Below are positions 1 through 11,088 of a DNA stretch of 64,000 nucleotides, in pieces. The DNA lies in the NCBI GenBank assembly GCA_046563655.1, contig CM102285.1, positions 3,968,001 to 4,032,000 of the forward strand. Reading direction: 5' to 3'. Both the position numbers and the translations under genes were made by a program. The first letter of the stretch is position 1; the number at the start of each line of letters is the position of its first letter. The notes under the pieces are model-generated. The model saw only the letters and a list, made by a program, of their open reading frames with translations, was not told the origin of the DNA and made no database searches. Source of the DNA: Yuukianura sp. NJ FZ-2021. Lineage: Eukaryota.

Positions 1-1521
1 AACATCACTCCTCGGTAGCGTTATCACATCTTGTCTATGCGTATGAACTCGTAGATGGTGACGAAAAACTGCCTTTTTTGTCCAAAATGGCTTTCCACAC
101 TTGGGGCAAGGATGTGACGAGCTCCCACCATGACTTTGAAGGACATGAGTTCTAAGATCTCTGAAATGTTCATACCGCTTTTGGCACTGTCCGCAATGGA
201 AAGGATGTTCCAAGTCGACACCACCGTGGACCTCAGTGATATGATCCTTCATTTTGCGGAGACGACGAAACTCTACCTTAAGTTCCAAGCAATTTGCTTC
301 ATTACAGTATAGAGGCGTAGGTTTCTCCTCAGGCATGGTAAAGTTCTTTTCGAAGGAGAGCATTTCGGTATTCAAACCATTTGAATCCTTTGCTCCTTCG
401 GAATGGGTTCGCAGACAATGCGTCTTAAGTACTTTTTCTGTCCAAAAAAGTAAGCCACAGTCTGGACAGGCATGCGACGGGGTCCCACCGTGGTGTCGTT
501 CTGAGTGAATTTTAAGATCCTCACGTCTCCGATATCGTTTAGGGCATTTAGAACAATGTATTGGATGTTCCAAGTCCTCACCGCCATGCTCATTCGTGAT
601 GTGATCTTGCATCTCTTTTATACGCCTGAACTGAACGTTGGCACAATCGGTGTTGAAGTTGCAAAAGAACGGTAAACGAGACGGTGGTTCCCACGTAGAT
701 GATTGTCTCGCTTTTCTCGAAACTGTCGCATCTAAAGCGACTTTCACTCCGTCCCAAAACGAATCCCTACTGCTGTTAGACTCATCGGCCAGTTGATCCT
801 GTGGAAATGTGTTGCCCTCCGAGAAACAAATTTCATCCAAAGCTGGAGAAACGCTTAGCTGCAAAGGTTTGCCGATATTAACCCGACTAAAGCTTGCGTT
901 TCTGCAGGCATTGTCCTGGCTTAATGTAACAGACGAGCTGTGAAAGAAATCCAAATTAAGGTCAAAATAGCAGCCAACCTCAAATTCTGTTCATTCAAAT
1001 ACGCCGAGTAGTCGAGTTAAAACTCACCCAAAAGCAGAAGATGCTGTGCCATCAATGGAATCAATATGACCTGGAACGGGATCGCAATGGTTTTGCTCTG
1101 GTTCCAGTACATCCATTTCTATTCTTAGTTTTAAATACTCAGCCATGGCTTCCAATTCAGTCCAAGATGCTGGACATGGTGAACTCCCCCTAATCTGTGA
1201 ACGAAGGCTAATGATTTGTTCTGCGTGCGTGATCAGACGATGTCTAATTGTTTCTGCCACATCGGTTAACTTAGTTTGGAGTCGGCAAATCGCTGAATAA
1301 GTGAAGTCCGCTTCACAGACAAGTTCCTGGCAGTTCTGACAGTAATTATCACCTATAAAGTAGGGGCTATGGCCTTCATCCAAGTGAACCGTCTTGCACA
1401 CCGATGTAGCCATTAGACTCGACCATGCTGGTGGAATTCTGTGGCTTGGCTGTAGTAGAGTTGATACGGGACAGCCGCAAAGACAGCAAGTTGAAAACGT
1501 CGTACTTTCTAAAGTCAGCAT
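1..1521 (-). CDS. C2H2 zinc-finger protein with N-terminal Cys-cluster (ZAD-like) domain; 3' end runs off the window
   Basis: Exon 1521-1028 (CCLCGC...CQNCQELV), intron 1027-938 (GTGAGT..CAG), exon 937-1 open in frame. Six fingers, e.g. IHCSKCPKRYRRREDLKIHSERHH, HACPDCGLLFWTEKVLKTHCLRTH, FHCGQCQKRYEHFRDLRTHVLQSH, HPCPKCGKPFWTKKAVFRHHLRVH. The finger exon is missing from the ORF track because it has no stop in the window. Confidence 0.9.
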
Positions 1522-3214
1522 GTCGGTCGATTCGGATTCTACTTACATACGCCCTGTACAGAAAAAAAAAGATCCGTTCACTTCAACAATGAAATCCAAA
1601 TCACAGATTGGATTGTCCTTAGAAATGAGCGAAATAGTTTTTTTTTAGTGAAATCACGAAATTTAAAAATTCCGGAAATATAACTTGACTTACGTTGTAA
1701 CGTCCGTACTGGTGGAGGAATAGCTAGTAATTGGTTACTATTTCTGAATGCATAAATGATTCATAAAGTTGAACACTAATTAAAGAAGATTAAACTCTCG
1801 AACTTTGAAATCAACGACAGAAGTCCTGCTGGACGCTGGAGAAATAACTTTCATAGAAAGGCAATAAGGCTAATGCAAATCTACCCATCTGATGGGCCTT
1901 GACTAAAAGTCTGAAAACGCGATTCGCTACTTATTGGAATCGTCAGATTTACATTTTGTTCAAGTGCGATAGTGCGAACGTTATGATTGTTTGTGACGAC
2001 CCAATGCCACCTTTTACATTACTATAATTTATTAATAGTACGATAGGATTCACGATAACTTAATTACAAAAATTAATTGAATAAATTAGGTTACGTTATA
2101 GGCAAATTGAATTGTAAGCGCTGATGTAAACGTTGAAAATATTTTCTCTCGATTTCGTGGAGTTGAGGAATTTTCGTGGAATTTTGTAGTTACTCAAAAT
2201 TTTGATTTGAATGCGTCTTCCTATAATTTCTGGTTTGATGGCAAATGTGAAATAGATCCGAAAAAGGAACAAAACACTAACACTTTCTGGTGCTGGAATG
2301 TTTTCGTAAGAATTGTTAGGTAGAATAAGTTTTATTGAGTACTTGAGCTATAAACGCTGTCTAGTGCTTTTAAGTGATTAACCTTTTTTTCCTTCGAAGT
2401 TCGTACAAGCGAAACGTATATGGCTTACACTAAAAAAGCAAACTACAGATAATGCATGTCTAGTTTTCTTGTATTTTAAGACAAGATTGATTAAAAAAAG
2501 TCGATTTTATTCATATTCGTGATTCATTAGTTTGAAAGGTTTTATCAGAGCACTTAAATGTAATACTGCAAAATTTTGTTGAATTGTTATTATAATTGGA
2601 GCCAACTTTAATTAATTTGCACCAAAAAATCGCTTTCTCCAAAAAGTGTGCGAGACATTTTAACGAACTTTCCCAATTGTAAATACGCTTGTACCCATAA
2701 TAACCCTTTGTTGTTGTTTTTATTTCTTTCAAATATAAAACTTTAATTTTTTTCAAAAGATTTTGTAAGTTTGAAACCTCTTATAGCTACATTAAGTTCT
2801 GATCTAAGAACATAGAAATCTACTTTGCAGAATAAATGTAAACAACAAACAGCAGACAAAAGGAAGGTTGTTCAGCTTGATGACCTTTCTTGGTATCCTA
2901 AATGGTATACAAAAATTGGATTAAAAATAAAGTCCATTAAACACATAAAATATTACTTGCAAAAACGTATTTTTTTCAACTTCATCAGCAGGCGAGGTCG
3001 TAAACACATTGAAATGGACAGCATGGACGTGGTCGAATAAACCCTTCATTGTATTCATTTTAGCATAACGTTGAAACAAAGGGAACAAGGTTAAATATCT
3101 TGTTCAACTGTTCTTATCACAACAACAGCTTCTTATTACTTGCTTAGTTTTTTTGTCGAGTACCTAATTTTTTGTAATAGGTAAATTCTAAAGTTACAAA
3201 TTTTTTTTTAAGAA

Positions 3215-4686
3215 ATGAAAAGCCGTGCTTTACGCAAAGCTCCTGGGCACCGCTCTGAACGACGGAGCATTAAAATCAAAATTGTTGAATATGCAACTAG
3301 AAATTACGAAACGGAAGTGGTAACATGTTTCCAAAACATTTTAAAATTTTCGTACAGTCTTGGAACAGTACCTCTGCTGATGAGTAGAACGGAGTCCATC
3401 TGCGTCGCTTCCTCAAAACGATATTGGTATCATGTCAGATTGAATTTTTTCATGATGTTGGCCATGTATCCTTGCTTTTTGACGCTGATAATTGTCTCAA
3501 GTCACCTGTATCATCTGCGCCAAACCATAACATTTGCATATGTTCTTGTCATTCATGGTGCAATTGGGCTCAATTTTGTATGCCATGGTTTGTTACAAAC
3601 GTTTAATGCCGAACCTCATGGAATCGCACTTGCAAACAACTCATTGTACCAGCTCTATTCGTTTTTGGGTAAAAATATATTTCTTCGCCTTTTCCAAATA
3701 CAAACTGAGAAACTGAAATGTTTTTTAAACAAATTGTTTTAGACAAAAGCAAACAAGAAAATCAGCGGGAAATGTTCGTCTTAACCTACGTAACAAAAAT
3801 TTGTTACATTTTCTCAAAATTTATTGCTGGACCTGGATTTATTTTTGTTTTCCTATTGTTCTGGGATCACCATTTTGAACTTGCAACTTACTTTGCAATT
3901 CCAGTTCAATTTATCCTCGGCATCAAATTTCCGACCATTTTACTTCATTTGGCCATTGCCGCTACCATACTGCTTTGGGTTTACTACATTACCGTAATTC
4001 TTTCAACATTGATTTCATTCGCTTCTCTACTTTTCTTCTTCACTGTGTACTGCAAGTTGGTTCTCAAAATTTTTTGGTAACTTATGTTTTATTTTAAAAT
4101 TCTGAGCCTTGGAAATATTTTTTATACAAAACATAAATATTGCATGAAAAATCCATATTTTATTTTCTATTTATTAGTCAAACCTCAACTACGCAACCCA
4201 CTTCAGCAACAATGCCAAAACGCATTGCAGCTAGAAATTTGCTGAAATCATACAGAATATTTTGGCTGACCGGTCATCTAGCAAATGAAAACGTTCGTTC
4301 ACTTATTGCTGTCATTTACGCGCTGGCTACAGTGGCACTTATTGCTGCTCTGTACTTGACATGTGGAGGAAACACGCCATTGGTAGAACGATTCCTGTCC
4401 ACTGTCGTGGTAACTGTGCTCAGCTACATAGTCACCTTTGTCGTAAATTCTGTTGGAAGTTATCATTTACAAAGCAAGAATTTGGTACAAACTCTCAACC
4501 GAGCCGCCTTTCCGACGAAATGGGAACAACGAGCAGTCCGCACCGTTGGACCTCATCCGAATGAACATCGGTTCGTTCGGATATGTCACGGAGACACAAG
4601 TGATCACTTTTTGGCACACCGTCATCCACATGACCATGACCGCTATGATTGCTCATCCGTCAGCATCAGCTTTTTCTGAACGATAA
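3215..4686 (+). pseudogene. Gustatory-receptor-like multi-TM chemoreceptor with an apparent +1 frameshift near the C-terminus (pseudogene or assembly error)
   Basis: Exons about 3215-3668, 3743-4076 and 4178-4686 encode successive hydrophobic helices. The chemoreceptor-like tail LDLIRMNIGSFGYVTETQVITFWHTVIHMTMTAMI is out of frame with KWEQRAVRT at about 4543-4546. Confidence 0.6.
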
Positions 4687-6063
4687 AATCGCATTATATT
4701 GGCATTTTCAGTAATCAATTTTTCCATTAGTAATTGATGTTTAGTGGAGGTGTCTGGCAAAATTCTCAATTTTGGTTTCAACAATATGGGCAGCGCTTCC
4801 TCAGAATTCTGTCAATTCCAATATAAAACACGGAGGTACGTTATATATTCTTGTATGCAGTCTTGAGGTTTATTGCAAATTCTGTACTGTTCCAGGCAAA
4901 ATATGGTAAAAACTAGCCACCTGAACGGCTTTTAGTTACATTTCCTTCGACTGTAATGCACACGTAATGGAGATGGTCACTAATAAATTGTTGCACTTTT
5001 CTGATCTGCTCAAGCATTCTAAATTATTCATAAGGTTACAGCTTGTTCAAAGCAACCAATCAACTCTCAACTAGTTTCAATTTTTTTTAATGTATTTAAG
5101 TTTTAGTTACAAATTAAAGAAACACCTCTCCACCTTGTACTGTACAAGTTGTACACTATTGTTCGAGTAACACAACGCACTCAAGTAAGGAAATTTCACC
5201 GGGTCATTTTTTCCAAGTTACTTTACTGAATACTTTAGTTCGCATTCGGGGTTTAATTTTGATGTATTAAAGCAGGGGTAAAGAATTAGCGCACGACAAA
5301 AAAAAAAAGCTGTGAGTTCCTCCTTACATTATGAATTATTTTTAAAATTGCTTTGAAATATTTTTCTTATTGGACTGATATTTGCACATCGTTCATCGGG
5401 GTAACATTTTACGCACATTGAGCATGGCACTTTTACGCAAATATTTAAAATAAATTTTGGTAGGATGTTGTAAATCATACTTTAATAAATCAGCTTAATT
5501 GTATTATTCATTATCTGAAGAGACAATCCGAATCCGAAATTGCTTTTGCTAAGTGACCTGTTTCTGAAAGTTCCTTTTCCTTCTTATCCGCTTCTCTGAC
5601 TTTTCGTCGTACTCTTTTACCTCAGCCTCGGCCGCCGTAAGGATTATTGGCCATCGTGGAACTAACAGTGTAAGTTACGCTGTTACTTGTGTAACTACTC
5701 CGGCCACCTTTGGTGGCTACAGTAGGCGATTATACCTTAATGGCAACATTTGCTTGTGGTTGTTTCATTATTATCCGTTGCGATTTCAATTACGTTTACG
5801 TTACTGTATCCAACAAGTCAAAGCAACGAGCGATTACAATTATCAGAAATAAGGCTTACTTCAACCGGCTTTTATTCCTCGTCTGCCGTTTATTTCGCCG
5901 TTCCAATCGTCATCTTTTCGTTGGAGTTTGTCAGTTCTGTTCTGTTTGAAGTTACGACTAATTAATTGGTTAATTTTTGAGACAGAGTCTTGTTTGGCTG
6001 AATCTGGTAAGCAAACCCATGTTAGGTGTCAAACTGTTCCAGTAAGTGACTCGAGCTCGGCGG

Positions 6064-6210
6064 GTGAAGTAAGGTAGAGGGTGTAGATGCTCTTTTGTAA
6101 TGTTAAATGTGGCAAGTTTAGCGCGAAATTTTAAAAACCTAACTTTGAGCTAATGGAAAACTAATGGAATTTAACATTACTGGCATCTACACCCTCTGCC
6201 TTACTCCTAC
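6064..6210. mobile_element. MITE-like inverted-repeat element
   Basis: Imperfect terminal inverted repeats of about 45 bp (agtaaggtagagggtgtagatgc..gtaatgttaaat / atttaacattac..gcatctacaccctctgccttact). Flanked by the direct repeat cgagctcggcgg at 6052-6063 and 6211-6222. Confidence 0.65.
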
Positions 6211-6420
6211 CGAGCTCGGCGGATTAAGATTAAAGTAGGTAACTAACTAAGATGTAAACCAGCTGTTTACTAGCTTAGTTGATAGTTTATATATCATATA
6301 GTTGATATATTCTCATATTAGTAGAAGCATATGACACTGTTTAAACTTTAAAGGTCAGCTATACGAACTATAATTGTTCTTCCAGATACGGTTGCCTGAA
6401 ATCCTTACGGTGCAGTAGAA

Positions 6421-8980
6421 ATGTCCGACGATAACAACAGCAGTAATCCGCAGACGCAATTGATGAATAACGTACATCCACTGCAACTTGACGCCGTAAG
6501 GTTTATTATTACTTGCCAGTTACCACGATACTATATTGGTGTTGGTTTTGACAGTTTGAATATGTAGACTTTAATTGTATTACGCAGGTTGTGGAGCGGC
6601 TTTTTACTTTCTTAGATAAGGAAGACCTACGTCAGTGCCTTGGTGTCTGTCGCCTTTGGAACCATGAAGCGAGGCGCGCCATTGACAATCGTCAGTCTAG
6701 GACCATCGTTACTGAAGTTGACCTCTATGTGACGTTGGGCCTTCTCAAAATAAAGCAGTACACGCTTACAAAGCTTGTTATTGACAACAGGGCCATACCG
6801 TTAGTTCGGGATAGACTAAGTCTTGACAGTAAACCATTTGCTGTACTTTTTAAAGAAGTGGCACCAACACTGCTATCCCTGTCTCTTCAATATGTCCAAT
6901 GTTCTCAAGACGTTTACACGAATATCATTCGCCTCTTTGGAAAATACAATTGGCTTCGTCATTTGGAACTCGGAACTTTGAAAATCAACGAGGAAGACTA
7001 CGTGAAATTATTTCCTGTAAAAAAAGAAGGTTCTGAGGAATTTGTTGTGTTTACCAAGGTCCGATTCCTCGAGTACATGGACTACTCAACCTACCTCTAC
7101 AACCGGACAAATGTAGCGTGCCTTGTTAGCACAGTTGGAAGGTATGTAACCAATTGATGAGTTTAAAAACTAATTGTCCTTAACTATTATATTATATAAT
7201 TTATATAGTTTTTCTTCGTTAGGATGTTTCCAAATCTTACGCAGTTGAATTCCTTCTGCTTGGCCAAAGAGAAACCTTCGAATTTTGACAACATAAAGTT
7301 TCCTCAGCTCAGAGGTTTGCTGCTGGTAATGCATGGAAATGATGCGCCAGATCAAAGTAAGTTGTGTAAATTCCTATATAAAGTATTACATGATGAGTTG
7401 ATGAGATGCTCGTGCTGACTTTATACAACTTTGGATAGAGGCCACTGGTCTAACGAATGTTGGAGTGAAGTGCCTCATGAATATGGGCCTTAGTGGACTG
7501 GAAGATTTTTCACTTCTTAACATTGTTCCGCAGTGTACAATGCTACGTGACTTCTTGGAATCAACTGCCGCGACTCTTAAACGTCTGACTTTGATTCAAA
7601 CTCTGGTATGTATTTACTTTTTTTTACCAACAAAAAACAATCTTAAACGATAATCATTATTTATTTCATTTGCGACGGTTTTATTTTCTATAAGATGCTT
7701 GCATTGCCGTTTCCCGGAGTAGCCTATCGTCTCTCCTCTGAAATCCTGCCATCACCGTTTCCAACTCATCTACCGAATCTCAAGACACTTCATGTCACAA
7801 AATCGTTTATACGGAACTTCAATCACCTTCTCAGCTCTGCACCAGCGCTGGAGAACTTGTATATTGATTTTGAATTCGGACAAAAAGTTGGTACGATTCT
7901 TCCTACCAAACTCGAACTTCACCCTCCATCAACTTTAAAGCAACTTGGGTTTAACTGGATTGATGCGAAGACATTCCTCAAGCTGACCCCATTTTTTGTG
8001 AACATTGTAACATCGTTGGAGCTCATTGATTGCTACGATGATGTAGTAAAAGTTGTGTTTGAGAATTTTCATGGTCTCAAATACCTTGTGCTTGCACAGA
8101 AAAGTGTGGGATACGGGGTGACTGCACTGACAGATGAACCATTTACTGGATTGACTCATACCTCAATGAAGAGTCTTTACTGCAGCTGGTTTGGCACAGA
8201 CGTCAAAGAAGCAAAGATGACAACCGAAAAAATGAAGGAGGTGGAAAATGTTCGGTCAGGAGCCTGTCTCGCAAATGTTCCTAGTATGTTGACTTTTTGC
8301 TTTTAAAATACAAGAAGACTCAAACTCAAAATCTATTAAGCAATCCTTTTTATATTTGTCAGAGTTGGAAGTACTTGTGATTCGTCTAGTCGAACCGTCT
8401 GAAGTCCATTACTGGACGTTCTGGCCTTTTTGGGAACTGCGCTTCCTTTCAACTGTTGTCATTTCCGGACTTCAGGTAATAGTCGCAACTTAATTAAATT
8501 ATTAACTAAAACGTGTTGTTGGATATTAGAACTGGGATCTATTAATGTATTTAATGTTTTATACTTTGCGTTTGTTTTTATTTATTATAATATTTAATAT
8601 TTTATATCTGTTGCTTGCAGATTACCAAACCGATTGTACACTTCATGAATGTCGGAGGTGGGTTCATTTGTACCGGGCCATATGATGATCTTGTCCAGGA
8701 TATGGTTGGATGTGGACTTGCCCTCAAATTCCTTGAAGGTGATGTCAAAACGTACACTTTTGTGCGCAAAGTGGACCATCAGTTGAATGAGGATGCTGTG
8801 GAACCATTAGAACAAGATGGAACAAATAAGAAAATGGAAGCGGACGCAATCAATGAGCTTTACGATACTCTTTCAGATTTTGGATCTTCGGCGTCAATTG
8901 ACTTTTCTACAACAATTTTGCCAGGTGGAATCTCAAAGTTACGAAGTTGCGCAAAGGAAGGTTTACACAACCACAAATGA
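6421..8980 (+). CDS. F-box / leucine-rich-repeat (RNI-like) protein, about 663 aa
   Basis: Seven exons splice in frame: 6421-6495, 6588-7141, 7223-7356, 7439-7605, 7695-8283, 8363-8475, 8621-8980. F-box motif HPLQLDAVVERLFTFLDKEDLRQCLGVCRLWNHEARR, then LRR-like repeats (FPNLTQL, FPQLRGL, LPNLKTLHV, APALENLYI). Confidence 0.85.
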
Positions 8981-9909
8981 GTACCTCAAGGTTTTTTTTT
9001 CGCAATTTTGCTGAGCGGTTTAAATTTAAGGCTTGAGGTTATTTTTAGCCTCCAAACGTATTAATTACTTTGCTTTAATGTCCAGCTTACTTTTGCTAAT
9101 TTTGCAAGTACAGATTTACTTTAAGTTAATTTCAGGTTTACATTTCACCAGCTTCCTTTTGTCATTCCAGTACACTACCACATTCGATTAGTTCAAAGCT
9201 CAACACAATCAACCAAAATTTATTAATGTTATGGCTTCAGGTAAATTAAATAAAATAAGCAATTTTTTCTTCATTTTTACCATAAACTCGTTTAATTATT
9301 CGCCAAATGTAGACATCAACCCTAGTTGACGTTTTTGGGAATGCTAATTGGTATTTTTAGGTAAGAATTAAAAAAATGTCTTTTATCGAAGTACCTAAGT
9401 TTTTACCCAGAGCGTTCAAAATGTTCTAACTTCTAACTTTTTAAACTTGTACACATTCATAGTGAACTTATTGCGTGGTTGACATTTGTACCGCATCCGG
9501 AACTACAAAGTTTCTGCAACATGTCACTTCTGACTCCTGACATAGGCATAAATCATTAACTACAATATTCCAAAAGTCACCTGTCGCTTGTAAAATTGTA
9601 GTTTTTCAGAAATGCGTAGACGTTATTTGAATAATGTTTCATTTGTTTCAAAGTAACAATACAAAGATGTGACAGTTTAGTTGGAGGTTTCTCCTATTTA
9701 AGTTTTTGAAGCGAACGTCATGCAAAGTTGCCAAATAATCTTTGTAAAGGCTTAATTGGTTTTAATATTTGCTTTTTTTGTTAGGTAAGGTAATATTTAT
9801 TTTCAGAAAGTAGGTGACATTTAAAACATTTACATTAGAATAAACCAACAACTAACTGGAGACCAGCGCATTTTCACAATTCTAGTATGGTTGTATTACC
9901 TCGTTTGGT

Positions 9910-11088
9910 TTAATTGCACTTGTAGAGTATCTTGATTGCTTGGATGTCGCTGGGAGCGAGCCCCGGTGGATCAGTGATGATTCCTCCATTCTTAGTAGTC
10001 ATCGTCGGTTTTCTGTTTTTGGAAGCAGCGTACGAGTCGTAGTGCATCACTGACTTGGTATCGTACGCTACTAAGTTCCTCGTTCCGCGCTCAACTTCGA
10101 AAGCAGACTTGTACTCGTCCATGATGTTGTCCCAGTTAATGTTGATGAACTGACCTCTGTCTGACCTTTGATGAGTATGTCCAAATCCAACGGCGTGACC
10201 CAGTTCATGTACAATTGTGGAGTGGGACAGACAGCCCCTGATATTAAGATTCACTGGCTGCGGCACTATGTTAACCCTCCCTACATACGAGTCACATCCG
10301 GCTCCGTTTTGTAACCGGATATAATTTCTGTCGCTACTAGTTTTTGGTCGAAATTTTATACAAGTAGTTTTGTGATAATCTTCCATAGCCCTGGTCAGTT
10401 TGCTTCGATGCGCACCTATAAAGCAGAATGTTAGCCGGGCAGAGGTCAAAGGTCAAACCGTAATTTCCTTTAGTTTACAATAACCTTACTCAACGAACTG
10501 TGGATTTCATAAGGGATGACGCCACCGGGCCATATATTTGTCCTGGCATTATTCTGTTTAAGTTTATATAAAGTTCGTTTACATGAATTTTTTAAGTGTT
10601 TTCAAATACCGTAAAACTCAATAAAAATCAAATTCCACAACTGGAGTACATCCGAAAAATGCAAACTAATACCGTAAAACTTCTAAAATACGCGACCGTT
10701 GTTATGAAACGCCCGGGTTTCTTTTAACGTTTTGGGTGAAAGTTTAGATTTCGAATAAACGCCTAAGCGTTTATTTAAAAGTTTTACGGTATTTTGATCT
10801 ACTTTGGAGACGTTTGAGACATTAAAATTTACCGGAGAACCGCGCATATCACCTCCATACAGTTGTGATTGAACCATCATATGCGAGCCAAATTCTTCCG
10901 TTTTGGATTCATCCTGGATGTCGCTGTCTTCTAAACATCATATAAAATTACTAGTTCTTTAAATTAAGAATAAATTTTATTATGATTATATATTCACAAT
11001 TTTTTCACAAAGTTTTACCGGATACAGGAATGGCTACGGTGAGCACTACCGATCCTATAAACGCGAGATAAAATAGGACAGGCGCCAT
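9910..11088 (-). CDS. Secreted astacin-family (M12A) zinc metalloprotease, catalytic domain only
   Basis: Exons 11088-11019 (signal peptide MAPVLFYLAFIGSVVLTVA), 10930-about 10833 (pro-segment YGGDM), 10553-about 10490 (WPGGVIPYEI) and 10415-9910. Contains TCIKF, GCDSYVGR, zinc motif HELGHAVGFGH, Met-turn SVMHY and C-terminal LYKC. Confidence 0.95.
10670..10791. mobile_element. Small MITE-like element in astacin intron 2 (TA-CCGTA ends, Tc1/mariner-superfamily-like)
   Basis: aataccgtaaaacttctaaaatacgc pairs with gcgtttatttaaaagttttacggtatt. A third end-like copy, taccgtaaaact, lies near 10607. Confidence 0.5.

Noticed and set aside
5570..5965. Short ORFs upstream of the F-box gene
   Set aside because: No ATG-initiated coherent frame, multiple stops on the opposite strand and no motif.
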